Below, one piece after another: positions 15,001 to 30,000 of a stretch of DNA of 64,000 bases (its first letter is position 1; every line of letters begins with the position of its first letter). A program made the translations under genes and the position numbers. The stretch is from positions 282,658,001 through 282,722,000 of the forward strand of contig OZ024741.1 of NCBI GenBank assembly GCA_964016885.1, written 5' to 3'. The DNA is from Eledone cirrhosa. Its lineage: Eukaryota. Under the pieces are notes generated by a model, which did not search any database, had not been told where the DNA came from, and saw nothing but the letters and a program-made list of their open reading frames with translations.

Positions 15001-18000
15001 GTCTGTCTCTATCTAATAAACACCAAGTGTGGTGTGTCTGTCTCTATCTAATAAACACCAAGTGTGGTGTGTCTGTCTCTATCTAATAAACATCAAGTAT
15101 GGTGTGTCTGTCTCTATTTAATAAACAACAAGTGTGGTGTGTCTATCTCTATCTAATAAACACCAAGTATGGTGTGTCTATCTCTATCTAATAAACATCA
15201 AGTATGGTGTGTCTGTCTCTATCTAATAAACACCAAGTATGGTGTGTCTATCTCTATCTAATAAACACCAAGTATGGTGTGTCTATCTCTATTTAATAAA
15301 CACCAAGTATGGTGTGTCTGTCTCTATCTAATAAACACCAAGTGTGGTGTGTCTGTCTCTATCTAATAAACACCAAGTGTGGTGTGTCTGTCTCTATCTA
15401 ATAAACATCAAGTATGGTGTGTCTGTCTCTATCTAATAAACATCAAGTATGGTGTGTCTGTCTCTATCTAATAAACACCAAGTATGGTGTGTCTATCTCT
15501 ATCTAATAAACACCAAGTATGGTGTATCTGTCTCTATCTAATAAACACCAAGTATGGTGTATCTGTCTCTATCTAATAAACACCAAGTATGGTGTGTCTG
15601 TCTCTATCTAATAAACACCAAGTGTGGTGTATCTGTCTCTATCTAATAAACACCAAGTATGGTGTATCTATCTCTATCTAATAAACTCCAAGTGTGGTGT
15701 GTCTGTCTCTATCTAATAAACACCAAGTATGGTGTGTCTGTCTCTATCTAATAAACACCTAGTATGGTGTGTCTGTCCCTATCTAATAAACATCAAGTAT
15801 GGTGTGTCTGTCTCTATCTAATAAAAACCAAGTATGGTGTGTCTGTCTCTATCTAATAAACACCAAGTGTGGTGTATCTATCTCTATCTAATAAACTCCA
15901 AGTGTGGTGTGTCTGTCTCTATCTAATAAACACCAAGTGTGGTGTATCTATCTCTATCTAATAAACTCCAAGTGTGGTGTGCCTGTCTCTATCTAATAAA
16001 CACCAAGTATGGTGTGTCTGTCTCTATCTAATAAACACCAAGTGTGGTGTGTCTGTCTCTATCTAATAAACACCAAGTGTGGTGTGTCTATCTTTATCTA
16101 ATAAAAACCAAGTATGATGTGTCTGTCTCTATCTAATAAACACCAAGTGTGGTGTGTCTATCTTTATCTAATAAAAACCAAGTATGGTGTGTCTGTCTCT
16201 ATCTAATAAACACCAAGTGTGGTGTGTCTGTCTCTATCTAATAAACACCAAGTGTGGTGTGTCTGTCTCTATCTAATAAACACCAAGTGTGGTGTGCCTG
16301 TCTCTATCTAATAAACACCAAGTGTGGTGTATCTATCTCTATCTAATAAACTCCAAGTGTGGTGTGCCTGTCTCTATCTAATAAACACCAAGTATGGTGT
16401 GTCTGTCTCTATCTAATAAACACCAAGTGTGGTGTGTCTGTCTCTATCTAATAAACACCAAGTGTGGTGTGTCTATCTTTATCTAATAAAAACCAAGTAT
16501 GATGTGTCTGTCTCTATCTAATAAACACGAAGTGTGGTGTATCTATCTCTATCTAATAAACACCAAGTGTGCTGTGCCTGTCTCTATCTAATAAACACCA
16601 AGTATGGTGTGTCTATCTCTATCTAATAAACACCTAGTGTGATGTGTCCGTCTCTATCTACTAAACACCACGTATGGTGTGTCTGTCTCTATCTAATAAA
16701 AACCAAGTATGGTGTGTCTGTCTCTATCTTATAAACACCAAGTGTGGTGTGGTGTCTATCTATATCTATCTAATAAACACCAGGTGTCGTGAGTGTATCT
16801 ATCTCTATTTAATAAACACCATGTGTGGTGTGTCTGTCTCTATTTAATAAACACTAAGTGCGGTGTATCTGTCTCTATCTAATAAACACCAAGTATGGTG
16901 TGTCTATCTCTATCTAATAAACACCAAGTATGGTGTGTCTATCTCTATCTAATAAACACCAAGTGTGGTGTGTCTATCTCTATCTTATAAACACCAAGTA
17001 TCGTGTGCCTGTCTCTATCAAATAAGCACCAAGTATGTTGTGTCTATCTCTATCTAATACACACCAAGTATGGTGTGTCTGTCTCTATCTAATAAACACC
17101 AAGTATGGTGTGTCTGTCTCTATCTAATAAACACCAAGTATGGTGTGTCTGTCTCTATCTAATAAACACCAAGTGTGGTGTGTCTATCTCTATCTAATAA
17201 ACACCAAGTGTGGTGTGTCTGTCTGTATCTAATAAACATCAAGTGTGGTGTATCTGTCTCTATCTAATAAACACCAAGTGTGGTGTGTCTATCTTTATCT
17301 AATAAAAACCAAGTATGGTGTGTCTGTCTCTATCTAATAAACACCAAGTGTGGTGTATCAATCTCTATCTAATAAACACCAAGTGTGGTGTGTCTGTCTC
17401 TATCTAATAAACACCAAGTATGGTGTGTCTATCTCTATCTAATACACACCAAGTATGGTGTGTCTGTCTCTATCTAATAAACACGAAGTATGGTGTGTCT
17501 GTCTCTATCTAATAAACACCAAGTATGGTGTGTCTGTCTCTATCTAATAAACACCAAGTATGGTGTGTCTGTCTCTATCTAATAAACACCAAGTATGGTG
17601 TATCTGTCTCTATCTAATAAACACCAAGTATGGTGTGTCTGTCTCTATCTAATAAACACCAAGTGTGGTCTGTCTGTCTCTATCTAATAAACACCAAGTG
17701 TGGTGTGTCTATCTCTATCTAATAAACACCAAGTATGGTGTGTCTGTCTCTATCTAATAAACACCAAGTGTGGTGTGTCTGTCTCTATCTAATAAACACC
17801 AAGTGTGGTGTGTCTATCTCTATCTAATAAACACCAAGTGTGGTGTGTCTATCTCTATCTAATAAACACCAAGTGTGGTGTGTCTGTCTCTATCTAATAA
17901 ACACCAAGTGTGGTGTGTCTATCTCTATCTAATAAACACCAAGTATGGTGTGTCTGTCTCTATCTAATAAACACCAACTATGGTGTGTCTGTCTCTATCT

Positions 18001-21000
18001 AATAAACACCAAGTGTGGTGTGGTGTCTATCGATATCTATCTAATAAACACCAGGTGTCGTGAATGTATCTATCTCTATTTAATAAACACCATGTGTGGT
18101 GTGTCTGTCTCTATCTAATAAACACCATGTGTGGTGTGTGTATCTCTATCTAATAAACACCAAGTATGGTGTGTCTATCTGTATCTAATAAACACCAAGT
18201 GTGGTGTGTCTGTCTCTATCTAATAAAAACCAAGTATGGTGTGTCTGTCTCTATGTAATAAACAGCAAGTATGGTGTATCTGTCTCTATCTAATAAACAC
18301 CAAGTATGGTGTGTCTATCTCTATCTAATACACACCAAGTGTGGTGTGTCTATCTCTATCTAATAAACACCAAGTGTGGTGTGTCTGTCTCTATCTAATA
18401 AACACCAAGTATCGTGTGTCTGTCTCTATCTAATAAACACCAAGTATCGTGTGTCTGTCTCTATCTAATAAACACCAAGTATCGTGTGTCTGTCTCTATC
18501 TAATAAACACCAAGTATGGTGTATCTATCTCTATCAAATAAACACCAAGTGTGGTGTGTCTGTCTCTATCTAATAAACACCAAGTATCGTGTGTCTGTCT
18601 CTATCTAATAAACACCAAGTATGGTGTGTCTGTCTCTATCTAATAAACACCAAGTATGGTGTGCCTGTCTCTATCTAATAAACACCAAGTATGGTGTATC
18701 TATCTCTATCAAATAAACACCAAGTGTGGTGTGTCTGTCTCTATCTAATAAACACCAAGTATGGTGTGTCTATCTCTATCTAATAAACACCAAGTGTGGT
18801 GTGTCTATCTCTATCTAATAAACACCAAGTATGGTGTGTCTATCTCTATCTAATAAACACCAAGTATGGAGTGTCTGTCTCTATCTAATAAACACCAAGT
18901 GTGGTGTATCTGTCTCTATCTAATAAACACCAAGTGTGGTGTATCTGTCTCTATCTAATAAACACCAAGTATGCTGTGTCTGTCTTTATCTAATAAACAC
19001 CAAGTGTAGTGTTTCTGTCTCTATCTAATAAATACCAAGTATGGTGTGTCTGTCTCTATCTAATAAACATCAAGTGTGGTGTATCTATCTCTATCTAATA
19101 AACACCAAGTGTGGTGTGTCTGTCTCTATCTAATAAACACCAAGTATGGTGTGTCTGTCTCTATCTAATAAACACCAAGTATCGTGTGTCTGTCTCTATC
19201 TAATAAACACCAAGTATGGTGTGTCTGTCTCTATCTAATAAACATCAAGTGTGGTGTATCTGTCTCTATCTAATAAACACCAAGTGTGGTGTGTCTGTCT
19301 CTATCTAATAAACACCAAGTATGGTGTGTCTGTCTCTATCTAATAAACACCAAGTGTGGTGTGTCTGTCTCTATCTAATAAACACCAAGTATGGTGTGTC
19401 TGTCTCTATCTAATAAACACCAAGTGTGGTGTATCTGTCTCTATCTAATAAACACCAAGTATGGTGTGTCTATCTCTATCTAATAAACACCAAGTATGGT
19501 GTGTCTGTCTCTATCTAATAAACACCAAGTATGGTGTGTCTATCTCTATCTAATAAACACCACTGTGGTGTGTCTGTCTCTATCTAATAAACACCAAGTG
19601 TGGTGTATCTGCCTCTATCTAATAAAAACCAAGTGTGGTGTGTCTGTCTCTATCTAATAAACACCAAGTGTGGTGTGTCTCTCTCTATCTAATAAACACC
19701 AAGTGTGGTGTGTCTATCTCTATCTAATAAACACCAAGTATGGTGTGTCTATCTCTATCTAATAAACACCAAGTGTGGTGTGTCTGTCTCTATCTAATAA
19801 ACACCAAGTATGGTGTGTCCGTCTCTATTTAATAAACACCATGTGTGGTGTATCTGTCTCTATCTAATAAACACCAAGTATGGTGTGTCTGTCTCTATCT
19901 AATAAACATCAAGTGTGGTGTATCTATCTCTATCTAATAAACACCAAGTGTGGTGTGTCTGTCTCTATCTAATAAACACCAAGTATGGTGTGTCTGTCTC
20001 TATCTAATAAACACCAAGTATCGTGTGTCTGTCTCTATCTAATAAACACCAAGTATGGTGTGTCTGTCTCTATCTAATAAACATCAAGTGTGGTGTATCT
20101 ATCTCTATCTAATAAACACCAAGTGTGGTGTGTCTGTCTCTATCTAATAAACACCAAGTGTGGTGTGTCTGTCTCTATCTAATAAACACCAAGTGTGGTG
20201 TGTCTGTCTCTATCTAATAAACATCAAGTGTGGTGTATCTATCTCTATCTAATAAACACCAAGTGTGGTGTGTCTGTCTCTATCTAATAAACACCAAGTG
20301 TGGTGTGTCTGTCTCTATCTAGTAAACACCAAGTATGGTGTCTCTATCTCTATCTAATAAACACCAACTATGGTGTGTCTGTCTCTATCTAATAAACACC
20401 AAGTGTAGTGTTTCTGTCTCTATCTAATAAATACCAAGTATGGTGTGTCTGTCTCTATCTAATAAACACCAACTATGGTGTGTCTGTCTCTATCTAATAA
20501 ACACCAAGTGTAGTGTTTCTGTCTCTATCTAATAAATACCAAGTATGGTGTGTCTGTCTCTATCTAATAAACACCAACTATGGTGTGTCTGTCTCTATCT
20601 AATAAACACCAAGTGTAGTGTTTCTGTCTCTATCTAATAAATACCAAGTGTGGTGTGTCTGTCTCTATCTAATAAACACCAAGTGTGGTGTATCTGTCTC
20701 TATCTAATAAACACCAAGTCTGGTGTGTCTATCTCTATCTAATAAACACCAAGTATGGTGTGCCTGTCTCTATCTAATAAACACCAAGTATGGTGTGTCT
20801 GTCTCTATCTAATAAACACCAAGTGTGGTGTGTTTGTCTCTATTTAATAAACACCAAGTGTGGTGTGTCTATCTTTATCTAATAAAAACCAAGTATGGTG
20901 TGTCTGTCTCTATCTAATAAACACCAAGTGTGGTGTATCTATCTCTATCTAATAAACACCAAGTGTGCTGTGTCTGTCTCTATCTAATAAACACCAAGTG

Positions 21001-24000
21001 TGGTGTATCTATCTCTATCTAATAAACACCAAGTGTGGTGTGTCTGTCTCTATCTAATAAACACCAAGTATGTTGTGTCTGTCTCTATCTAATAAACACC
21101 AAGTATGGTGTGTCTATCTCTATCTAATAAACACCAAGTATGGTGTGTCTGTCTCTATCTAATAAACACCAAGTATGTTGTGTCTGTCTCTATCTAATAA
21201 ACACCAAGTATGGTGTGTCTGTCTCTATCCAATAAACACGGAGTGTGGTGTGTCTATCTCTATCTAATAAACACCTAGTGTGATGTGTCCGTCTCTATCT
21301 ACTAAACACCACGTATGGTGTGTCTGTCTCTATCTAATAAACACCAAGTGTGGTGTGGTGTCTATCTATATCTATCTAATAAACACCAGGTGTCGTGAGT
21401 GTATCTATCTCTATTTAATAAACACCATTTGTGGTGTGTCTGTCTCTATTTAATAAACACTAAGTGCGGTGTATCTGTCTCTATCTAATAAACACCAAGT
21501 GTGGTGTGTCTATCTCTATCTAATAAACACCGAGTATGGTGTGTCTGTCTCTATCTAATAAACACCAAGTATGGTGTGTCTGTCTCTATCTAATAAACAC
21601 CAAGTATGGTGTGTCTATCTCTATCTAATAAACACCAAGTATGGTGTGTCTATCTCTATCTAATAAACACCAAGTATCGTGTGCCTGTCTCTATCTAATA
21701 AACACCAAGTATGGTGTGTCTATCTCTATCTAATAAACACCGAGTATGGTGTGTCTGTCTCTATCTAATAAACACCAAGTATGGTGTGTCTGTCTCTATC
21801 TAATAAACACCAAGTATGGTGTGTCTATCTCTATCTAATAAACACCAAGTATCGTGTGCCTGTCTCTATCAAATAAACACCAAGTATGTTGTGTCTATCT
21901 CTATCTAATACACACCAAGTATGGTGTGTCTGTCTCTATCTAATAAACACCAAGTATGGTGTGTCTGTCTCTATCTAATAAACACCAAGTGTGGTGTGTC
22001 TATCTCTATCTAATAAACACCAAGTGTGGTGTGTCTGTCTCTATCTAATAAACACCAAGTATGGTGTGTCTGTCTCTATCTAATAGACACCAAGTATGGT
22101 GTGTCTGTCTCTATCTAATAAACACCAAGTGTGGTGTGTCTATCTCTATCTAATAAACACCAAGTATGGTGTTTCTATCTCTATTTAATAAACACCAAGT
22201 GTGGTGTGTCTGTCTCTATCTAATAAACACCAAGTATGGTGTGTCTTTCTCTATCTAATAAACACCAAGTATGGTGTGTCTGTCTCTATCTAATAAACAC
22301 CAAGTGTGGTGTGTCTATCTCTATCTAATAAAAACCAAGTATGGTGTGTCTTTCTCTATCTAATAAACACCAAGTATGGTGTGTCTGTCTCTATTTAATA
22401 AACACCAAGTATGGTGTGTCTGTCTCTATCTAATAAACACCAAGTGTGGTGTGTCTGTCTCTATCTAATAAACACCAAGTGTGGTGTGTCTATCATTATC
22501 TAATAAAAACCAAGTATGGTGTGTCTGTCTCTATCTAATAAACACCAAGTATGGTGTGTCTGTCTCTATTTAATAAACACCAAGTATGGTGTGTCTATCT
22601 CTATCTAATAAACACCAAGTATGGTGTGTCTATCTCTATCTAATAAACACCAAGTATCGTGTGTCTATCTCTATCTAATAAACACCAAGTATCGTGTGCC
22701 TGTCTCTATCTAATAAACACCAAGTGTGGTGTGTCTGTCTCTATTTAATAAACACCAAGTATGGTGTGTCTATCTCTAGCTAATAAACACCAAGTGTGGT
22801 GTGTCTATCTCTATATAATAAACACCAAGTGTGGTGTATCTGTCTCTATCTAATAAACACCAAGTGTGGTGTTTCTATCTTTATCTAATAAAAACCAAGT
22901 ATGGTGTGTCTATCTCTATCTAATAAACACCAAGTATCGTGTGCCTGTCTCTATCAAATAAACACCAAGTGTGGTGTGTCTGTCTCTATCTAATAAACAC
23001 CAAGTATGGTGTGTCTGTCTCTATCTAATAAACACCAAGTGTGATGTGTCTGTCTCTATCTAATAAACACCAAGTGTGGTGTATCTGTCTCTATCTAATA
23101 AACACCAAGTATCGTGTGTCTGTCTCTATCTAATAAACACCAAGTGTGGTGTGTCTGTCTCTATCTAATAAACACCAAGTATGGTGTATCTGTCTCTATC
23201 TAATAAACACCAAGTATGGTGTGTCTATCTCTATCTAATAAACACCAAGTGTGGTGTGTCTATCTCTATCTAATAAACACAAAGTGTGGTGTGTCTATCT
23301 CTATCTAATAAACACCAAGTATGGTGTGTCTATCTCTATCTAATAAACACCAAGTATGGTGTGTCTATCTCTATCAAATAAACACCAAGTATGGTGTGTC
23401 TATCTCTATCAAATAAACACCAAGTATGGTGTGTCTATCTCTATCTAATAAACACCAAGTATGGTGTGTCTGTCTCTATCTAATAAACACCAAGTATGGT
23501 GTGTCTGTCTCTATCTAATAAACACCAAATGTGGTGTGTCTATCTCTATCTAATAAACACCAAGTATCGTGAGCCTATCTCTATCAAATAAACACCAAGT
23601 ATGGTGTGTCTATCTCTATCTAATAAAGACCAAGTATGGTGTGTCTGTCTCTATCTAATAAACACCAAGTATGGTGTATCTGTCTCTATCTAATAGACAC
23701 CAAGTATGGTGTGTCTATCTCTATCTAATAAACACCAAGTGTGGTGTGTCTGTCTCTATCTAATAAACACCAAGTGTGGTGTGTCTGTCTCTATCAAATA
23801 AACACCAAGTGTGGTGTGTCTATCTCTATCTAATAAACACCAAGTGTGGTGTGTCTGTCTCTATCTAATAAACACCAAGTATGGTGTGTCTGTCTCTATC
23901 TAATAGACACCAAGTATGGTGTGTCTGTCTCTATCTAATAAACACCAAGTATGGTGTGTCTGTCTCTATCTAATAAACACCAAGTATGGTGTGTCTGTCT

Positions 24001-27000
24001 CTATCTAATAAACACCAAGTGTGGTGTGTCTATCTCTATCTAATAAACACCAAGTATGGTGTTTCTATCTCTATTTAATAAACACCAAGTGTGGTGTGTC
24101 TGTCTCTACCTAATAAACACCAAGTGTGGTGTGTCTATCTCTATCTAATAAAAACCAAGTATGGTGTGTCTGTCTCTATCTAATAAACACCAAGTATGGT
24201 GTGTCTGTCTCTATCTAATAAACACCAAGTATGGTATGTCTGTCTCTATCTAATAAACACCAAGTATGGTGTGTCTGTCTCTATCTAATAAACACCAAGT
24301 ATGGTGTGTCTGTCTCTATCTAATAAACACCAAGTATGGTGTGTCTGTCTCTATCTAATAAACACCAAGTATGGTGTGTCTGTCTCTATCTAATAAACAC
24401 CAAGTATGGTGTGCCTGTCTCTATCTAATAAACACCAAGTGTGGTGTGTCTGTCTCTATCTAATAAACACCAAGTGTGGTGTGTCTATCTCTATCTAATA
24501 AACACCAAGTATGGTGTGTCTATCTCTATCTAATAAACACCAAGTATGGTGTGTCTGTCTCTATTTAATAAACACCAAGTATGGTGTGTCTGTCTCTATC
24601 TAATAAACACCAAGTGTGGTGTGTCTGTCTCTATCTAATAAACACCAAGTGTGGTGTGTCTGTCTCTATCTAATAAACATCAAGTATGGTGTGTCTGTCT
24701 CTATTTAATAAACAACAAGTGTGGTGTGTCTATCTCTATCTAATAAACACCAAGTATGGTGTGTCTATCTCTATCTAATAAACATCAAGTATGGTGTGTC
24801 TGTCTCTATCTAATAAACACCAAGTATGGTGTGTCTATCTCTATCTAATAAACACCAAGTATGGTGTGTCTATCTCTATTTAATAAACACCAAGTATGGT
24901 GTGTCTGTCTCTATCTAATAAACACCAAGTGTGGTGTGTCTGTCTCTATCTAATAAACACCAAGTGTGGTGTGTCTGTCTCTATCTAATAAACATCAAGT
25001 ATGGTGTGTCTGTCTCTATCTAATAAACATCAAGTATGGTGTGTCTGTCTCTATCTAATAAACACCAAGTATGGTGTGTCTATCTCTATCTAATAAACAC
25101 CAAGTATGGTGTATCTGTCTCTATCTAATAAACACCAAGTATGGTGTATCTGTCTCTATCTAATAAACACCAAGTATGGTGTGTCTGTCTCTATCTAATA
25201 AACACCAAGTGTGGTGTATCTGTCTCTATCTAATAAACACCAAGTATGGTGTATCTATCTCTATCTAATAAACTCCAAGTGTGGTGTGTCTGTCTCTATC
25301 TAATAAACACCAAGTATGGTGTGTCTGTCTCTATCTAATAAACACCTAGTATGGTGTGTCTGTCCCTATCTAATAAACATCAAGTATGGTGTGTCTGTCT
25401 CTATCTAATAAAAACCAAGTATGGTGTGTCTGTCTCTATCTAATAAACACCAAGTGTGGTGTATCTATCTCTATCTAATAAACTCCAAGTGTGGTGTGTC
25501 TGTCTCTATCTAATAAACACCAAGTGTGGTGTATCTATCTCTATCTAATAAACTCCAAGTGTGGTGTGCCTGTCTCTATCTAATAAACACCAAGTATGGT
25601 GTGTCTGTCTCTATCTAATAAACACCAAGTGTGGTGTGTCTGTCTCTATCTAATAAACACCAAGTGTGGTGTGTCTATCTTTATCTAATAAAAACCAAGT
25701 ATGATGTGTCTGTCTCTATCTAATAAACACCAAGTGTGGTGTGTCTATCTTTATCTAATAAAAACCAAGTATGGTGTGTCTGTCTCTATCTAATAAACAC
25801 CAAGTGTGGTGTGTCTGTCTCTATCTAATAAACACCAAGTGTGGTGTGTCTGTCTCTATCTAATAAACACCAAGTGTGGTGTGCCTGTCTCTATCTAATA
25901 AACACCAAGTGTGGTGTATCTATCTCTATCTAATAAACTCCAAGTGTGGTGTGCCTGTCTCTATCTAATAAACACCAAGTATGGTGTGTCTGTCTCTATC
26001 TAATAAACACCAAGTGTGGTGTGTCTGTCTCTATCTAATAAACACCAAGTGTGGTGTGTCTATCTTTATCTAATAAAAACCAAGTATGATGTGTCTGTCT
26101 CTATCTAATAAACACGAAGTGTGGTGTATCTATCTCTATCTAATAAACACCAAGTGTGCTGTGCCTGTCTCTATCTAATAAACACCAAGTATGGTGTGTC
26201 TATCTCTATCTAATAAACACCTAGTGTGATGTGTCCGTCTCTATCTACTAAACACCACGTATGGTGTGTCTGTCTCTATCTAATAAAAACCAAGTATGGT
26301 GTGTCTGTCTCTATCTTATAAACACCAAGTGTGGTGTGGTGTCTATCTATATCTATCTAATAAACACCAGGTGTCGTGAGTGTATCTATCTCTATTTAAT
26401 AAACACCATGTGTGGTGTGTCTGTCTCTATTTAATAAACACTAAGTGCGGTGTATCTGTCTCTATCTAATAAACACCAAGTATGGTGTGTCTATCTCTAT
26501 CTAATAAACACCAAGTATGGTGTGTCTATCTCTATCTAATAAACACCAAGTGTGGTGTGTCTATCTCTATCTTATAAACACCAAGTATCGTGTGCCTGTC
26601 TCTATCAAATAAGCACCAAGTATGTTGTGTCTATCTCTATCTAATACACACCAAGTATGGTGTGTCTGTCTCTATCTAATAAACACCAAGTATGGTGTGT
26701 CTGTCTCTATCTAATAAACACCAAGTATGGTGTGTCTGTCTCTATCTAATAAACACCAAGTGTGGTGTGTCTATCTCTATCTAATAAACACCAAGTGTGG
26801 TGTGTCTGTCTGTATCTAATAAACATCAAGTGTGGTGTATCTGTCTCTATCTAATAAACACCAAGTGTGGTGTGTCTATCTTTATCTAATAAAAACCAAG
26901 TATGGTGTGTCTGTCTCTATCTAATAAACACCAAGTGTGGTGTATCAATCTCTATCTAATAAACACCAAGTGTGGTGTGTCTGTCTCTATCTAATAAACA

Positions 27001-30000
27001 CCAAGTATGGTGTGTCTATCTCTATCTAATACACACCAAGTATGGTGTGTCTGTCTCTATCTAATAAACACGAAGTATGGTGTGTCTGTCTCTATCTAAT
27101 AAACACCAAGTATGGTGTGTCTGTCTCTATCTAATAAACACCAAGTATGGTGTGTCTGTCTCTATCTAATAAACACCAAGTATGGTGTATCTGTCTCTAT
27201 CTAATAAACACCAAGTATGGTGTGTCTGTCTCTATCTAATAAACACCAAGTGTGGTCTGTCTGTCTCTATCTAATAAACACCAAGTGTGGTGTGTCTATC
27301 TCTATCTAATAAACACCAAGTATGGTGTGTCTGTCTCTATCTAATAAACACCAAGTGTGGTGTGTCTGTCTCTATCTAATAAACACCAAGTGTGGTGTGT
27401 CTATCTCTATCTAATAAACACCAAGTGTGGTGTGTCTATCTCTATCTAATAAACACCAAGTGTGGTGTGTCTGTCTCTATCTAATAAACACCAAGTGTGG
27501 TGTGTCTATCTCTATCTAATAAACACCAAGTATGGTGTGTCTGTCTCTATCTAATAAACACCAACTATGGTGTGTCTGTCTCTATCTAATAAACACCAAG
27601 TGTGGTGTGGTGTCTATCGATATCTATCTAATAAACACCAGGTGTCGTGAATGTATCTATCTCTATTTAATAAACACCATGTGTGGTGTGTCTGTCTCTA
27701 TCTAATAAACACCATGTGTGGTGTGTGTATCTCTATCTAATAAACACCAAGTATGGTGTGTCTATCTGTATCTAATAAACACCAAGTGTGGTGTGTCTGT
27801 CTCTATCTAATAAAAACCAAGTATGGTGTGTCTGTCTCTATGTAATAAACAGCAAGTATGGTGTATCTGTCTCTATCTAATAAACACCAAGTATGGTGTG
27901 TCTATCTCTATCTAATACACACCAAGTGTGGTGTGTCTATCTCTATCTAATAAACACCAAGTGTGGTGTGTCTGTCTCTATCTAATAAACACCAAGTATC
28001 GTGTGTCTGTCTCTATCTAATAAACACCAAGTATCGTGTGTCTGTCTCTATCTAATAAACACCAAGTATCGTGTGTCTGTCTCTATCTAATAAACACCAA
28101 GTATGGTGTATCTATCTCTATCAAATAAACACCAAGTGTGGTGTGTCTGTCTCTATCTAATAAACACCAAGTATCGTGTGTCTGTCTCTATCTAATAAAC
28201 ACCAAGTATGGTGTGTCTGTCTCTATCTAATAAACACCAAGTATGGTGTGCCTGTCTCTATCTAATAAACACCAAGTATGGTGTATCTATCTCTATCAAA
28301 TAAACACCAAGTGTGGTGTGTCTGTCTCTATCTAATAAACACCAAGTATGGTGTGTCTATCTCTATCTAATAAACACCAAGTGTGGTGTGTCTATCTCTA
28401 TCTAATAAACACCAAGTATGGTGTGTCTATCTCTATCTAATAAACACCAAGTATGGAGTGTCTGTCTCTATCTAATAAACACCAAGTGTGGTGTATCTGT
28501 CTCTATCTAATAAACACCAAGTGTGGTGTATCTGTCTCTATCTAATAAACACCAAGTATGCTGTGTCTGTCTTTATCTAATAAACACCAAGTGTAGTGTT
28601 TCTGTCTCTATCTAATAAATACCAAGTATGGTGTGTCTGTCTCTATCTAATAAACATCAAGTGTGGTGTATCTATCTCTATCTAATAAACACCAAGTGTG
28701 GTGTGTCTGTCTCTATCTAATAAACACCAAGTATGGTGTGTCTGTCTCTATCTAATAAACACCAAGTATCGTGTGTCTGTCTCTATCTAATAAACACCAA
28801 GTATGGTGTGTCTGTCTCTATCTAATAAACATCAAGTGTGGTGTATCTGTCTCTATCTAATAAACACCAAGTGTGGTGTGTCTGTCTCTATCTAATAAAC
28901 ACCAAGTATGGTGTGTCTGTCTCTATCTAATAAACACCAAGTGTGGTGTGTCTGTCTCTATCTAATAAACACCAAGTATGGTGTGTCTGTCTCTATCTAA
29001 TAAACACCAAGTGTGGTGTATCTGTCTCTATCTAATAAACACCAAGTATGGTGTGTCTATCTCTATCTAATAAACACCAAGTATGGTGTGTCTGTCTCTA
29101 TCTAATAAACACCAAGTATGGTGTGTCTATCTCTATCTAATAAACACCACTGTGGTGTGTCTGTCTCTATCTAATAAACACCAAGTGTGGTGTATCTGCC
29201 TCTATCTAATAAAAACCAAGTGTGGTGTGTCTGTCTCTATCTAATAAACACCAAGTGTGGTGTGTCTCTCTCTATCTAATAAACACCAAGTGTGGTGTGT
29301 CTATCTCTATCTAATAAACACCAAGTATGGTGTGTCTATCTCTATCTAATAAACACCAAGTGTGGTGTGTCTGTCTCTATCTAATAAACACCAAGTATGG
29401 TGTGTCCGTCTCTATTTAATAAACACCATGTGTGGTGTATCTGTCTCTATCTAATAAACACCAAGTATGGTGTGTCTGTCTCTATCTAATAAACATCAAG
29501 TGTGGTGTATCTATCTCTATCTAATAAACACCAAGTGTGGTGTGTCTGTCTCTATCTAATAAACACCAAGTATGGTGTGTCTGTCTCTATCTAATAAACA
29601 CCAAGTATCGTGTGTCTGTCTCTATCTAATAAACACCAAGTATGGTGTGTCTGTCTCTATCTAATAAACATCAAGTGTGGTGTATCTATCTCTATCTAAT
29701 AAACACCAAGTGTGGTGTGTCTGTCTCTATCTAATAAACACCAAGTGTGGTGTGTCTGTCTCTATCTAATAAACACCAAGTGTGGTGTGTCTGTCTCTAT
29801 CTAATAAACATCAAGTGTGGTGTATCTATCTCTATCTAATAAACACCAAGTGTGGTGTGTCTGTCTCTATCTAATAAACACCAAGTGTGGTGTGTCTGTC
29901 TCTATCTAGTAAACACCAAGTATGGTGTCTCTATCTCTATCTAATAAACACCAACTATGGTGTGTCTGTCTCTATCTAATAAACACCAAGTGTAGTGTTT